A stretch of 62,787 bases of DNA, the filler included, from Polymyxa betae A26-41 (lineage: Eukaryota; Protista; Endomyxa: Phytomyxea): NCBI GenBank assembly GCA_003693705.1. It is 7 parts of 7 records of this genome, joined end to end, with 100 filler letters (N's around TTAATTAATTAA, not from the genome) between each part and the next. Parts side by side here need not be neighbours in the genome. Positions count along the whole stretch, not along the records: positions 57,618 to 62,787 come from RBZT01000189.1; 6 more parts are not named here. One strand, given 5' to 3'. Each line of letters opens with the position of its first letter. The stretch's first letter is position 1. Both the position numbers and the translations under genes were made by a program. The notes beneath the pieces were generated by a model. The model was not told the origin of the DNA, did not search any database, and worked only from the letters and a program-made list of their open reading frames with translations. Of this stretch, positions 62,411 to 62,787 are shown piece after piece.

Positions 62411-62787
62411 GTGGGCCAGACAAACGAGACAGAGATTCGATATAGCAGAGACGTTCGCAGAATGAATTTAGAGAAATTTATAATTTATTTATATTTTTAA
62501 AACGATTCTGCTACGTCTGCGACCGGTCGCAGTTTTAACTGCGTGCGCGACCTCCTATATAGGCGTTCGCATACGTCTTAGATCTACGACCACGTTCCCC
62601 ACTCGTGACATTTCTGCCCCCGATCCCGTCTGAAGTCATGTTCTCTCGTGTCGCTAACCTCTTTAGCTTTTCCAGCACGGATGTGAGGAGCGTAGAAGTC
62701 GACTTTAGTGATGGACCGCTCTCGCCTGATCTCGGATCCATGCCTGAAGATCGCGATGTAACGGAATGCTCCGCTGATCCCCTCCCT

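Overview
This is eukaryotic, intron-containing, transposon-dominated DNA, not prokaryotic. It is a concatenation of seven pieces joined by artificial 100-bp spacers (44 N + TTAATTAATTAA + 44 N), so adjacency across those spacers is not biological. Most of the window is nested, decayed mobile DNA. That includes a GCM-domain Mutator-like transposase, a Helitron hit by a solo copia LTR and a Ty3/gypsy element, two Ty1/copia elements, three solo LTRs with perfect 5-bp TSDs, several PIF/Harbinger elements (one complete, with TIRs and a TAA TSD), a CACTA/EnSpm transposase with a ~160-bp tandem array, a Tc1/mariner-type non-autonomous insert, and a DIRS/Ngaro tyrosine-recombinase retroelement remnant. 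Host-like genes are an EF-hand/PH/kinase (CDPK7-like) gene whose catalytic loop is degenerate, a secreted helical-repeat protein next to a related RING-H2 pseudogene, a spliced AWS-SET-postSET gene, a Leu-type tRNA relic with a TAC anticodon, and several unknown multi-exon genes. The most notable structural signal is a ~160-bp array split by a Harbinger-like insertion whose two TSD halves now lie in opposite orientations, implying an inversion. The gene content is suggestive of a protist or fungus-like plant parasite such as a plasmodiophorid, but that is only inference. I found no CRISPR array, Fanzor/TnpB or other clear novel defence system. All family assignments are by motif recognition, without database searches.
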